From positions 1 through 60,344 of the forward strand of contig JACPJV010000006.1 of the NCBI GenBank assembly GCA_016187395.1: a DNA stretch of 60,344 nucleotides, read 5' to 3'. This DNA is from Candidatus Aenigmatarchaeota archaeon. GTDB lineage: Archaea > Aenigmatarchaeota > Aenigmatarchaeia > GW2011-AR5 > JACRAC01. Positions 9,626 through 19,438 of this stretch are shown piece by piece (position 1 is the stretch's first letter; every line of letters starts with the position of its first letter). The notes under the pieces are model-generated. The model had not been told where the DNA came from. It saw only the letters and a list, made by a program, of their open reading frames with translations, and did no database searches. The translations under genes were made by a program, and so were the position numbers.

Positions 9626-10500
9626 ATGGACGAGATGGAAATTATTAAAATTCTAAGACGCAGATTGCACAAGCCGCGCTATCTGAAAACATGGCTCGAT
9701 GAAGACTGCGAGATTATCGAATCTCCGAAGGGGTTTCTTCTTGCAACAGTAGATACGGCATCGGAAGGCGCTGATTTTCCATCGGACGCACCAAATGACT
9801 CTATAGGATATTTCTGCACTTCGCTGAGTCTTAGTGATATAGCTGCCTGTGGAGGAATTCCACTAGGCTAATTGGAGGTGATACAAATTCCTCGCATGAA
9901 TTCAGTCTTTCCGTAGTTAGTCTGGGAAATGTCGAGAAGAATCATGTATTACGCAGGCACAAGGCAAGAGTCGGGGACTTGGTTGGTGTGACAGGAGAAC
10001 TCAGCAGATTTAACGAAGGTTTTTTCGCTTACAAACAAGGGGGCGCTAAAGGGGTCGATTTTCAAAGAATGTTGGTGCAAAAACCACCGATAGAAAAAGG
10101 TAGAATATTGGCTTCTTCTGGATGCACTAGTTGCATAGACCTTCCCGACGGGCTTATAAAAGCATTGAACGATACCGCGGGAGATTATGGATTTGTGATT
10201 GATGATTCTGAAATCCCTGTGAACATGGGAGATTATAAGGCAAGTGGTATGAAAATAAGGTATAGGCATGAAATGGCATCGTACCCGGCTGGGGATATCG
10301 AATTGTTATTCACCATCCCAGAAAAAAGGAGGGGAAGTCTTGAAGAAAAATTCGGATATGCTGGATTGAAAATTTACTGGATTGGTAAGGTTGTTTCTAA
10401 ACCAGGTATTCATATCGATTCAGGAGGCGGCAAATTGCTTGAACCAGGGGTTGCCGGTTTTGTCCATCGATTCAAAGGAAAAATGCTTTTCGACAGGTGA
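9626..10500 (+). pseudogene. thiL: Thiamine-monophosphate kinase, frameshifted with internal deletion
   Basis: First frame ...SLSDIAACGGIPLG* ends at 9871; LIGGDTN...R..ARVGDLVGVTGEL...CIDLPDGL continues in another frame from about 9868. Confidence 0.8.
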
Positions 10501-11030
10501 TGGTTATGAGCGATGAACTGCTAGATATTGTGGATGGGAAAAATGTAGTTATTGGGCAAGAAAAGCGTGATGTTGCACATTCCAAAGGTCTTTTCCACAG
10601 GGCTGTTAACATTTTCATTTTCAATCCAGAAGGCAAGATTTTTTTGCAGAAGAGAAGCGCAAACAAGGACGTATGCCCATCAACTTGGGATCTCAGCGCC
10701 TCAGAAACCTTGAAGTCAGGAGAGGACCATCATCAGGCAGCTATGAGAGGTGTTCAGGAGGAACTTGGAATAAAACCCAGGCTCATCAAAATCAGAGGCA
10801 TTCATTTACAGAAGAACGAGTATTTCAACGGCAGAATAAGGGATTATGAGTTTGTTGAGTTGTACAAGGCTGTTCATGAAGGGAAGATAAATCTGGATAA
10901 AGATGAAATTGCTGAGGGTCGTTTCTTCGATGCAGAAGAGATAAAGAGAACGCTGAAGGATAACAAGAATAAATTTACCCCATGGTTTCTTGATGAATGG
11001 AAGTTCATGGAAGAGAACAATTTAGTTTAG
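10497..11030 (+). CDS. NUDIX hydrolase (IDI type 1-like)
   Basis: HRAVNIFIFN, LQKRS..K, WDLS, AMRGVQEELGI. Confidence 0.85.
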   Translation: MMVMSDELLDIVDGKNVVIGQEKRDVAHSKGLFHRAVNIFIFNPEGKIFLQKRSANKDVCPSTWDLSASETLKSGEDHHQAAMRGVQEELGIKPRLIKIRGIHLQKNEYFNGRIRDYEFVELYKAVHEGKINLDKDEIAEGRFFDAEEIKRTLKDNKNKFTPWFLDEWKFMEENNLV

Positions 11031-11177
11031 ACTCCACGGATCCTTTTATATCAACAACCGAGATTGTTCTTTCTGATTCCCAGGATTCCAATCTTTTTTT
11101 GGCTTGGCCATATATGGCGTAGGAGTCACAAAGCTATTAAACGCTTCTGCTGCACCTAATTTTTAGGTAGAGGAACA

Positions 11178-11621
11178 ATGCCCAGAAAAATCCTCTTCGT
11201 CTGCATGTACAACGCAGGACGAAGTCCTTTTGCGGAGTATGCGATGAGGCAGGCGCTGGATGAAAGAGGAATAGAAGGCGTAGAAGTCTATTCCGCAGGG
11301 CTGAGCGAAGGAACAAGGGAATCTTTGCCTGCACCGTCCCCGGTTTTAGAGGCATCAATGAAATTAGGCGTCAACGTAGCGGGGCACCGCAGGAAGCGGC
11401 TTACAGAGGAAATGGTGAAGAGGGCGAACGAGATATACGTCTTCGAAAGGGAGCATCAGAGGCAAATACAGGCGGCGTATCCGGAAGCTGAGTGGAAGGT
11501 TTACGTGCTTAGAGAAATTCAGGACCTGAAAGGAACGCCCGTTGAAACGCATGTGAAACATCTCAGGGAAATCAGGGATGCGGTGGAAGAGCTGGTTGAA
11601 AAAGAAATTGCCGCAGGATAG
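11178..11621 (+). CDS. Low-molecular-weight phosphatase / ArsC family protein
   Basis: ILFVCMYNAGRSPFAE (CX5R P-loop), VYSAGL. Confidence 0.85.
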   Translation: MPRKILFVCMYNAGRSPFAEYAMRQALDERGIEGVEVYSAGLSEGTRESLPAPSPVLEASMKLGVNVAGHRRKRLTEEMVKRANEIYVFEREHQRQIQAAYPEAEWKVYVLREIQDLKGTPVETHVKHLREIRDAVEELVEKEIAAG

Positions 11622-13310
11622 CTATCTGAATTTCTCAACATCCTCCTTAATCCTCTTCACGAAATCCTCCACCTTCACGCCGTATTCAACCTTCCCTTCC
11701 CTTGTTCTTACTGCGATTGTGCCTTTCTCCTCCTCCTTGCCGCCTGTGATAATCATAAATGGAATTTTCTGGAGCTGCGCCTCTCTTATTTTATATTGGA
11801 TTGTATGAGATTGCTCATCAAGTTCTGTTCTTATTCCAGCTTCCTTAAGCTTTTCCAAAATGCCTTCCGCATAATCCCTGTTTTCATCAGATATCGGCAG
11901 AATCTTGACCTGCACAGGCGCGAGCCAGAGAGGGAATTTTCCCTGATAATGCTCGACTAATATTCCTATAAATCTCTCAAGGCTTCCATAGATTGCGCGG
12001 TGGATTATCACAGGCCTGTGGTTCTTGCCATCCTCGCCGACGTAGCTGACGTCGAACCGCTCAGGCATCTGGAAATCCGCCTGTATGGTTGCCAGTTGCC
12101 AGAACCTGCCCAACGAGTCCTTGATATGGAAATCTATCTTCGGGCCATAGAATGATCCTTCGCCTGCGTTAACCTTGTATTTCAGCTTTTTCTCTTTCAG
12201 CGCATTCTCAAGCGCCCTTTCTGCCTTGTCCCATAATTTCCTGTCGCCCATGGATTTCTCAGGCCTCGTGGATAATTCCACGCGATATTCAAAGCCGAAT
12301 GTCTTATAGAAATAATCCACCAGCTCCACTGCTTTCGCAAGCTCATCTTCAAGCTGGTCCTCGCGGACAAAGAGATGCGCGTCATCCTGCGTAAGCGCGC
12401 GCACCCTGAATAAGCCCGAGAGCACGCCGCTCAGTTCGTTCCTATGAACAAGACCAAACTCTGCGAGCCGCAGAGGCAGATCCTTGTAGCTGCGCGAGCG
12501 TGTCTTGAAAACTAAAATAGCGCCAGGGCAGTTCATCGGCTTTACCGCATAATCATCTTCATCGACAGTCGTGAAGAACATATTGTCCTTGTAATGCTCC
12601 CAGTGCCCGCTTATCTGCCATATAGCCTTGCTCATCACAAGCGGCGTCTTCAGTTCCTGGTAGCCGCGCTCCAGCTGGATTTTTCTGGAAAACTGCTCCA
12701 GTATATTTCTTATTATCATGCCTTTGTGGTGGAAAAAAACCATGCCAGGCGCAACCTCGTGGAAGCTGTATAGATCAAGGTTCTGCCCGATAATCCTGTG
12801 GTCGCTGTCACTCAGTTTTTCTGCCTCTATCGTAGGCCTCTTGCCAAGCCTCTGGACAGTTGATTTTATCCCTGCGCTTTCTTTTCCCGCCTTGCCTTCA
12901 GCTGCGCCATAAACCCGCGACTGCTCTGCAAGCGGATGGCCCTTGACTGACAAAGCCAGTTTCTTGTTCCATCCGAAAGGAGCGCGATGAACTTCAATCT
13001 TATTCTTTTTCGCCTCCTCTTCCATTGCCTTTATGATTTTAATTGCGTCAGCAGGCTTTGCTAAATTTGCACTTAGATGAGCGAACGGATAGATGAGTAT
13101 GACGTTCGCCTTTATCTTTTTGAGGAATTCCTTTGCATCCCCGATAACTTTTTCCGCAATGCCTTCTTTATCCCCTTTCTCCACGCACGTGAAAAGAACC
13201 AGAGCATCTTCCAGCCGGTGTTTTTTCCTCTCCACAGATTCCGCTCCCTTTATTTCCTTCTCCAGCGGCTCATATTCTATCCAATCCACGTGCGTCTGAA
13301 GTATGCGCAT
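11622..13310 (-). CDS. thrS: Threonine--tRNA ligase (archaeal editing domain plus bacterial-type catalytic core)
   Basis: N-terminal YPFAHLS / RAPFGWNK / KGHPLAE; core KPMNCPG, LFRVRALTQDDAH, FYGPKIDF, IHRAIYGSLERF. Confidence 0.95.
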   Translation of the reverse strand: MRILQTHVDWIEYEPLEKEIKGAESVERKKHRLEDALVLFTCVEKGDKEGIAEKVIGDAKEFLKKIKANVILIYPFAHLSANLAKPADAIKIIKAMEEEAKKNKIEVHRAPFGWNKKLALSVKGHPLAEQSRVYGAAEGKAGKESAGIKSTVQRLGKRPTIEAEKLSDSDHRIIGQNLDLYSFHEVAPGMVFFHHKGMIIRNILEQFSRKIQLERGYQELKTPLVMSKAIWQISGHWEHYKDNMFFTTVDEDDYAVKPMNCPGAILVFKTRSRSYKDLPLRLAEFGLVHRNELSGVLSGLFRVRALTQDDAHLFVREDQLEDELAKAVELVDYFYKTFGFEYRVELSTRPEKSMGDRKLWDKAERALENALKEKKLKYKVNAGEGSFYGPKIDFHIKDSLGRFWQLATIQADFQMPERFDVSYVGEDGKNHRPVIIHRAIYGSLERFIGILVEHYQGKFPLWLAPVQVKILPISDENRDYAEGILEKLKEAGIRTELDEQSHTIQYKIREAQLQKIPFMIITGGKEEEKGTIAVRTREGKVEYGVKVEDFVKRIKEDVEKFR

Positions 13311-13358
13311 AAGATCAATTCACTATAAGTATAGAAAAAGTACTAATTAAAATGCGAA

Positions 13359-13598
13359 TCATCCCATCGTATAAGGAGTAGTGGTAAGTTCCTCAGGACC
13401 GCCACAGGGTCTTCTTTCATTCAAAACCCTGTATCTTCCATCCTCTGTCTTTAATGTGAGCTCTGTGCCGACAGGATATCTTCCTATGTGCGCATGCCTC
13501 AGGGGGACTTCTCTGCCGTTCTCTGTCCTTATAAAAGGACCGTGTCTTCCCATCCCTACAATTGTTGTAAATGGTGTTCCTGAATTGTTCTTTCCCAT
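13359..13598 (-). CDS. Hypothetical protein
   Basis: ORF fills the gap; TATA-like sequence about 27 nt upstream of ATG 13598. Confidence 0.55.
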   Translation of the reverse strand: MGKNNSGTPFTTIVGMGRHGPFIRTENGREVPLRHAHIGRYPVGTELTLKTEDGRYRVLNERRPCGGPEELTTTPYTMG

Positions 13599-13649
13599 TC
13601 CCAATTTATGGGATAGAAACATATTTAATCGTTTAATTCAAGTAATCGC

Positions 13650-14444
13650 ATGAAAATCATTTCAATTCTTCCTATATTATCAATACTAATTGTAGCTGGT
13701 TGCGTGGGGCAGACAAGCCAGAACGTCGGAGAGCTTTTTCTGGGTTACGCAGAAAAGTCAGCTTCCATAGATAATTACCGGATCCACTATGAAACAGACT
13801 ACCGAATAGAGGGATCGGGCCAGTCGCTGGATTTGGATGGAGAGATGCTCATAAACGAGCAAGGCGATGATTCTTACGTGTTCTATAGCTTCCAGGATCC
13901 AACTTCCCTGAGAACTGTAGAATCGCACGTATACAAGATAGACAGCAACATCTATTCATGCGTCTGGGAAAAAGGCTCGACGCAAAAAAGATGCATAGAA
14001 ACGAAAAACGTGCCGGAAGACCTTGCGCCAGACCCTGTGCAGGAGCGAAGGCAAATACAGGCGCTTCTTGACGAAGGCGTTGTCACACTTGCATACGAAG
14101 GGAGAAAATCAGCCGCCGGATACAATTGCGACAGCATTGTTATTGAATATGATCTTGACAAGCTGAAAGAAAAAGCCCCTCTTGCAGCAATAGGGAGCGA
14201 GATAACATTCATGCGGCAATCGCAGTGTTACGAAATAGATTCAGGCCTTCCATTGATAATGACCCTGAATATGCGCCTCCTTCAAGGGGATGGCGCAATT
14301 GAAAGCACACTTGCAACAACAGCCACTGAATTTTCAAGGGTAAATTCAGAAATAAGCCTTCCGGAAGATGTTGAGATAGCAGACCTGGGGTCAGGGGTTT
14401 TCGGAAACATAACAGGATTTGGAACCAATGAATCTGAGGAATAG
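13650..14444 (+). CDS. Lipoprotein, possibly LolA/LppX-like beta fold
   Basis: Signal peptide with lipobox IVAGC; motifs shared with the ORFs at 24805 and 54920. Confidence 0.7.
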   Translation: MKIISILPILSILIVAGCVGQTSQNVGELFLGYAEKSASIDNYRIHYETDYRIEGSGQSLDLDGEMLINEQGDDSYVFYSFQDPTSLRTVESHVYKIDSNIYSCVWEKGSTQKRCIETKNVPEDLAPDPVQERRQIQALLDEGVVTLAYEGRKSAAGYNCDSIVIEYDLDKLKEKAPLAAIGSEITFMRQSQCYEIDSGLPLIMTLNMRLLQGDGAIESTLATTATEFSRVNSEISLPEDVEIADLGSGVFGNITGFGTNESEE

Positions 14445-14456
14445 AGGACAACCGCA

Positions 14457-14744
14457 TCAGCAAAATCCCTGAGTAAGTTCAAGTTCAGGATCCATAGGTG
14501 TAATTGCAACGAATCTCGGTTTCCCAAGTCTTCTGAATTCCTTGGGGGTTAAGTTGTATCCAAGACCTTCTCCACAGTAAGCGGCTCTTTTTTCATCAGC
14601 ATCCACTAATCTCATAGTATAACGCCTCCCTACCAGAATTACGCCGTCACCTTCACCCGAAACATCTTCATCTTCATATGGAAGAACCTCAATCAGTGTT
14701 CCAATCTGATCAACAATCATGTTTCTCCTTCCAAAAAGTCGCAT
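14457..14744 (-). CDS. Hypothetical protein
   Basis: 95-aa ORF directly downstream of the TrmB-family gene. Confidence 0.55.
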   Translation of the reverse strand: MRLFGRRNMIVDQIGTLIEVLPYEDEDVSGEGDGVILVGRRYTMRLVDADEKRAAYCGEGLGYNLTPKEFRRLGKPRFVAITPMDPELELTQGFC

Positions 14745-14760
14745 AGAATCACAGCAGGAT

Positions 14761-15588
14761 CTACTTCACAGGCTTTGCCTGCTTCCATACCATGTCGTAA
14801 ACTGGCTCCAGGAATCTGGAAGAGGCGTGAGAGCTTTGCGTCCAAAAAGCAATGTCCTGCGTAGGATGAGTCTTCGCATCATCTGTAAGGCCCATCAGGA
14901 ACTCATTCCCGTCAACTATTACGCAATGTCCGAGTATTTTATCAACGTTCTCAATACTCGATACGTCTCTGACATCTGCATACTTGGCAAGCAGTTTTGC
15001 CTGCTCGCCGGTATTTTTCTCGATAGGGGCAAGAATTTTGATCTTCACCCCATTTTCAGAAAGTCTTTTGAACAGAAGCATCTTATTCTCGGCAGTTTCA
15101 TTCAACATGTTTGGAGTTAGAAGCATCTTTACGTGCTTCTTCGATCTTTTCATCATGCTTTCCAGATGCTGGTGCAGCGCATATCTGCCTTTAATGGAGC
15201 CTGATAATTCTTCCGGCTGCACAACCTTCATGCTGCCTTTATGCAGCTTCTGCAACTCCCTGATAATATCCGAATTTTTCATCCTGTCTATCTTGTGCAC
15301 CCGCTCTTCAGTCATTTCCCTTATGCGCTTTTTAGCCCTGTCGAATGCCTCATGCGGAGCCACAGCAACATAGCGCATAGGTTTTCCAGGCTGGACTATG
15401 ACAAAGCCCAGATCTGCAAGTGATTGCAGAACATCATAGCATCTTGATCTGGGAACATTAGAAATATCTGACAACTCTCCGGCCGTGGATGCGCCGCGAG
15501 AAAGCAGCGCTGCCCAGAGGTTTCTCTGATACTTATTAAGGCCTATAGCCCTCAACGCATCCATAGTTTTCGACGAAGCAAGTACCAT
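14761..15588 (-). CDS. TrmB-family (TrmBL2-like) regulator/chromatin protein
   Basis: LRAIGLNKYQRNLWAALL..TAGELSDISNVPRSRCYDVLQSL..GKPMRY; SD-like GGGGTG before ATG 15588. Confidence 0.9.
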   Translation of the reverse strand: MVLASSKTMDALRAIGLNKYQRNLWAALLSRGASTAGELSDISNVPRSRCYDVLQSLADLGFVIVQPGKPMRYVAVAPHEAFDRAKKRIREMTEERVHKIDRMKNSDIIRELQKLHKGSMKVVQPEELSGSIKGRYALHQHLESMMKRSKKHVKMLLTPNMLNETAENKMLLFKRLSENGVKIKILAPIEKNTGEQAKLLAKYADVRDVSSIENVDKILGHCVIVDGNEFLMGLTDDAKTHPTQDIAFWTQSSHASSRFLEPVYDMVWKQAKPVK

Positions 15589-15600
15589 CGTACCACACCC

Positions 15601-15624
15601 CACGGTGCGTTGCAACGCACCGTG
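15601..15624. promoter_or_regulatory. Perfect 24-bp palindrome upstream of the TrmB-family gene
   Basis: CACGGTGCGTTGCAACGCACCGTG is its own reverse complement. Confidence 0.6.
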
Positions 15625-15874
15625 CATTCGTTAGCACAACTCACACTACTATTTAGTGGATTCTGATTTTTAAGCTTTAAATCCCTTTTGCACCCAGCTT
15701 AATTATTATAAAGTGGCTAATATCAGCCCTTTTCATAACCTATAGGCGAGAACTATTAAAAGGTTTTTTGCGTGCATTGAAAACGTATGCTTAAAAACAT
15801 TTGCTATCGATATGCGTATATACGGTCATACGAAAGGCTTAAATAATTTACTTTATAGTAATGACTTTCGATAG

Positions 15875-16624
15875 GTGAAAAAAATGAGTGGTGAAGACGT
15901 GGATAAAACTTTCATGACCAGGGAAGATTTGAGAAAACCAGGAGAAGAGAAACGCCGAAAAGTCATTGTACACAGGGTTACATTCCAGAGACCCGAAGAG
16001 GCCCTGGTGAGCCATACTATCAAGGAAGGAGACATGGCAACAAAAGTGGTGAGAAAAATATATGATTATACCCTTCAAAGAATGGCAGAGGGGGAAAGAC
16101 CGGATTATGTAGCTGACATGAAAGAAGATGAAGAGGTTGTCAAGAGAATTCTGCTTAAGAGATTCGATGCAAATGACAGCGATGATATCGAAACAATCCG
16201 CTGGCTTCATAAAACAAGAGAGGGCTTGGTGTATTCTGCAGCAAGGCTTTTTGTCAGTCCAGAATGCAGGCAGGTTTCCAGGACCCACGCAAATATTGTT
16301 CTTAAGGCAAGATTAGCAGAAGGAAGCGGTGGAGTAGTGGAAGAATACTTTGAGTTGCACGATTTGCCTCCGTACAGGGGTGTGCCAAAAACCCGCGTTT
16401 ACAGGGACCATCTTTTCGGAGAATTTTCAACTGAACAGCGCGAGAGATTAATAGCGGCAGGAATCGTAAGGCACGGAACTCAGGATAGTGATTTGGTTAG
16501 AGTCCCGTACAAAGTAGTCCCAGGAAAGCCCTGGAAGCTTCGGGATCAGGACGTAGTAGGTCTTGGTGGGGAGATAGGACAGGACGTCAAACTCACTTAT
16601 TCTGTAACCGCAGAATATGAATAA
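15875..16624 (+). CDS. Hypothetical protein with C-terminal FHA-like domain
   Basis: VSRTHANI...FELHDL...WKLRDQDVVGLG matches the FHA SRxHA...DL...LxDGDxIxLG pattern. Confidence 0.55.
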   Translation: MKKMSGEDVDKTFMTREDLRKPGEEKRRKVIVHRVTFQRPEEALVSHTIKEGDMATKVVRKIYDYTLQRMAEGERPDYVADMKEDEEVVKRILLKRFDANDSDDIETIRWLHKTREGLVYSAARLFVSPECRQVSRTHANIVLKARLAEGSGGVVEEYFELHDLPPYRGVPKTRVYRDHLFGEFSTEQRERLIAAGIVRHGTQDSDLVRVPYKVVPGKPWKLRDQDVVGLGGEIGQDVKLTYSVTAEYE

Positions 16625-16625
16625 A

Positions 16626-16830
16626 TAGCTTTGTAGAAATTCTTAGATTTCGAGAGCGGCTTCCTAATGATTTCGGCAAGGATTTCTACAGAGCTGTTAT
16701 TTTTAATGTGAAACAAGGATCCCATGCGAATCGAAGATTCGCATGTACAGGTGAACCAAAGGTTCACCTTGTAAAGCTGCAGGTTTTGCGAGGAGGCTTC
16801 CGCAGATAAAAGATGACCAACTCAATGAAT
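16626..16830. repeat. Cluster of strong hairpins plus a partial element arm
   Basis: 19-bp stem 16626-16644/16678-16696; ATGCGAATC-GAA-GATTCGCAT; AGGTGAACC-AAA-GGTTCACCT; 18-bp direct repeat at 16702 and 16830. Confidence 0.65.
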
Positions 16831-16831
16831 T

Positions 16832-16927
16832 TAATGTGAAACAAGGAAATAATACCGGCATATCCTTGTTTCACAGTATAGTGCACAAGGAATTACCATA
16901 TCCCAACTTATTCCTTGTAGCACTATA
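16832..16927 (+). mobile_element. Double-hairpin MITE-like element, copy A
   Basis: 96 bp, TA at both ends; 90/96 identical to 43311-43406 with all 6 differences in loop regions. Confidence 0.8.
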
Positions 16928-16952
16928 TAAGCTTCTTCTAGCGTCTATTTTT

Positions 16953-17828
16953 ATGCCGAGGAGGAAAGAAAGAAACAGGAAGAAGAAGGGAAGGATGAAT
17001 ATTCTTCTGGTTGCAAAACAGAACCCCACCGGAATAAAGGCTGCGAAGGCTGTTTACAAAAGGCTTCATGAATTCGCAGACGTGCACCTTGACCTTACAA
17101 CCTCGCTGAGGCTGCGAAGGCCGAGGGGAACAGCGCTAAAGAAATTCAACGGAGATGTGATAATCACGCTTGGCGGTGACGGGACATTCCTATGGGCAGC
17201 CTACCAGGCCAAAGTTCCAATACTGCCTGTACGGATAGAGGGGCACGGCTTTCTCTGCACGATAGACTATAAGGATTTTTTGAAAGAAATGGAAAAGATA
17301 CGGCGAAGGGATTATTTCATCGAGAAAAGAATGCGACTGAAATGCACGGCTGTAAGGGAAAAACTTTTGCGGAAGATATTCGGAAAGCCTTATCCGCTTT
17401 CGCTGAATGAGATAGCGTTTGCGAGAAAAAGGCCTTCAAAAGTCCTAAATCTAAGCTTCAAAATAGACGACACTGTTTTTGACCTTACAGGCGACGGTGC
17501 TGTATTCTCAACGCCTTCCGGCTCCTCGGCATATGCTGCATCAGCAGGAGGCCCTATAATTGATCCTTCGCTGGAAGCGATAACTGTCGTACCCCTGTAT
17601 CCGTTTCATTCCCACATAAAGCCGATAATAATGCCTGCCGACAAGAAAATAGAGGTGGAGATCGTAGGAGGCGACTGCGCGCTGATAATAGACGGCCACG
17701 GAGGGGAGTACGTAAAACGAGGGGCAAAATTCTTCGTGGAGCGCGGTGATTCTGTCAAGATTGTGCACCTGAAGGAGCACAGATTCTACCACAAGTACAA
17801 GTCCTCTTTCCTGGAGCGAAAGGTTTAA
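16953..17828 (+). CDS. nadK: NAD(+) kinase
   Basis: ITLGGDGTFL, LNE, GDG..FSTPSGSSAYAASAGGP; start is 16953 or 16995. Confidence 0.9.
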   Translation: MPRRKERNRKKKGRMNILLVAKQNPTGIKAAKAVYKRLHEFADVHLDLTTSLRLRRPRGTALKKFNGDVIITLGGDGTFLWAAYQAKVPILPVRIEGHGFLCTIDYKDFLKEMEKIRRRDYFIEKRMRLKCTAVREKLLRKIFGKPYPLSLNEIAFARKRPSKVLNLSFKIDDTVFDLTGDGAVFSTPSGSSAYAASAGGPIIDPSLEAITVVPLYPFHSHIKPIIMPADKKIEVEIVGGDCALIIDGHGGEYVKRGAKFFVERGDSVKIVHLKEHRFYHKYKSSFLERKV

Positions 17829-18526
17829 AGTTCTCTCAACATTCTCATAAGCTCCTCGAAGTCTAAGTTTCTACCCAGAATCAATTCCCATGCTTCTGCG
17901 TGCACCCTATCAGTTTCCATGTCTTTTCTTGAACTTACCCATCGCCTTGCATCTTCCGGATACCTTTCCAGCATGTAAGAAAGTTCTACAAAAGAGGCAA
18001 GCGATTCCTCCACGATATATCTACGTTCATCCAATTTCTGGCCTAACTTGTAAGGAAATTTTATGGCTACAACTCCATGCGTACATTCGTGAACCAAAGT
18101 CGAATCCTCAGGAAAGTCTGCTGCTGGTATGTAACCTCCCAAAGAAAAGCAGAATTTTCTGCTCGGAACCTTTGCATAACCAGGTTCTACTCCTTTCAGT
18201 TCTATAAGAGACGTTGCAATATCTTCCTCGCGGTTCAAATCACGGAGTTCCACCAGATCTCCGTTTCTCCAAGTAGTCCCGAAAAATGGCATAAACCTGG
18301 CGTCAGTTCCGAGACTTCTTACATTCAATTCTCCAAGTTTTTCAGCATCAACCTCCCTCACATAAATGCCGTTGTGCTCTCTGTATCCGCCGAGGGACCT
18401 GTTCACATAAAGAACGACAGTTCCGTCATCTTCCCTGTCCGTAAGAACAGCTGCGCAGTCCCTGCCGAAACGGCTTCTTACGTATTCCGTGCTATCTTTA
18501 AGATGCCGCACCGAAAGCTCGTTCAT
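17825..18526 (-). CDS. Hypothetical zincin-like protein
   Basis: LVHECTH followed by EESLA. Confidence 0.6.
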   Translation of the reverse strand: MNELSVRHLKDSTEYVRSRFGRDCAAVLTDREDDGTVVLYVNRSLGGYREHNGIYVREVDAEKLGELNVRSLGTDARFMPFFGTTWRNGDLVELRDLNREEDIATSLIELKGVEPGYAKVPSRKFCFSLGGYIPAADFPEDSTLVHECTHGVVAIKFPYKLGQKLDERRYIVEESLASFVELSYMLERYPEDARRWVSSRKDMETDRVHAEAWELILGRNLDFEELMRMLREL

Positions 18527-18574
18527 GCCTTATATAACGAACCGAAACCTTTTAATGATTTTCGCTACTCTAAA

Positions 18575-19414
18575 ATGGTAACAAAAGGTGCTTATATGGA
18601 TGTAAATGTTTCGTCGGATGTTGGGGATATTTATCGTTCGATGCGCCCGCTCTTTACGAAAGGCGACGTAGAAGGGCTTGCCAGAGTTAGGCAGGTCGGA
18701 AGAGAACTCGGCCATTACGGTATTACAGAGGATTCAGCTGTTTACATGCATGCCCTTGAACATGGGTACGATCCAGAACAGATGACCGTGGATGAATGGC
18801 GTGCAAGGGCATCGGAGCTCGTGAATGAGGAAGATCATGTTGCTGCTTTAGGTAATTGCCTGCGTTATGGAAGATTGTCTCCTTTCGGAGAAGGTTTAGA
18901 TGAACGTGCCAGATATTTTCTTCATATTTATCCCGGTCTTATGGGCAGTATTTATGAACGTGTTGAAGAACTGCGTCTTAAACAAGGCCATGAAAAGGAA
19001 TCCAGTGAGCAGATTCCCTCGGAAAGTATGCTTGCTGAAAGTCTTGTGCGCTTGATGGCAAAGGCTGCAACCGCTGGAGAAAGAGAAGGCGCCAGAAGGC
19101 GCGTTCTGGATGCATTGAGTAATGTATTCTACAGATGTCTCGGTAATTGCCTACATATCGGATGGTTTGACATAAGGCTTCTTGCACTTGAGGAAGCCAG
19201 CGGTAATCACGGCGCTGTTATAAGGGCTTACAGACCCGTTGTTGAAAGGCTTCTGGATGAGGGACAAGAAGAGCGGGCAAAGACCATTGCTGAGATGGCA
19301 GGGATAGGCCTGTCTCTACCTGAGCCAAGGCCGAAAGTGACGTCAACATCTAATTTTGGACTTGATCCTCCTATCATGTCATTTCGTAGCGATTTAGTAG
19401 GGAGGCGCGACTAA
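18575..19414 (+). CDS. Hypothetical helical protein
   Basis: Likely start MVTKG at 18575; the upstream extension in the ORF track overlaps the opposite gene. Confidence 0.65.
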   Translation: MVTKGAYMDVNVSSDVGDIYRSMRPLFTKGDVEGLARVRQVGRELGHYGITEDSAVYMHALEHGYDPEQMTVDEWRARASELVNEEDHVAALGNCLRYGRLSPFGEGLDERARYFLHIYPGLMGSIYERVEELRLKQGHEKESSEQIPSESMLAESLVRLMAKAATAGEREGARRRVLDALSNVFYRCLGNCLHIGWFDIRLLALEEASGNHGAVIRAYRPVVERLLDEGQEERAKTIAEMAGIGLSLPEPRPKVTSTSNFGLDPPIMSFRSDLVGRRD

Positions 19415-19438
19415 ACGAACTTATATCCTCTTTTTCTA

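Noticed and set aside
9855-9875. Programmed frameshift in thiL
   Set aside because: No slippery run, and conserved coding sequence is missing at the junction
8798-11160. tRNA-anchored integrated element with att duplication
   Set aside because: No repeat of the tRNA-Gln or tRNA-Ile 3' end and no integrase found in the window
16836-16952. N-terminal extension of NAD kinase in the ORF track
   Set aside because: Translates element copy A; the real start is 16953 or 16995
18077-18574. Upstream half of the 445-aa ORF
   Set aside because: Overlaps the opposite-strand gene 17825-18526; likely an open shadow frame
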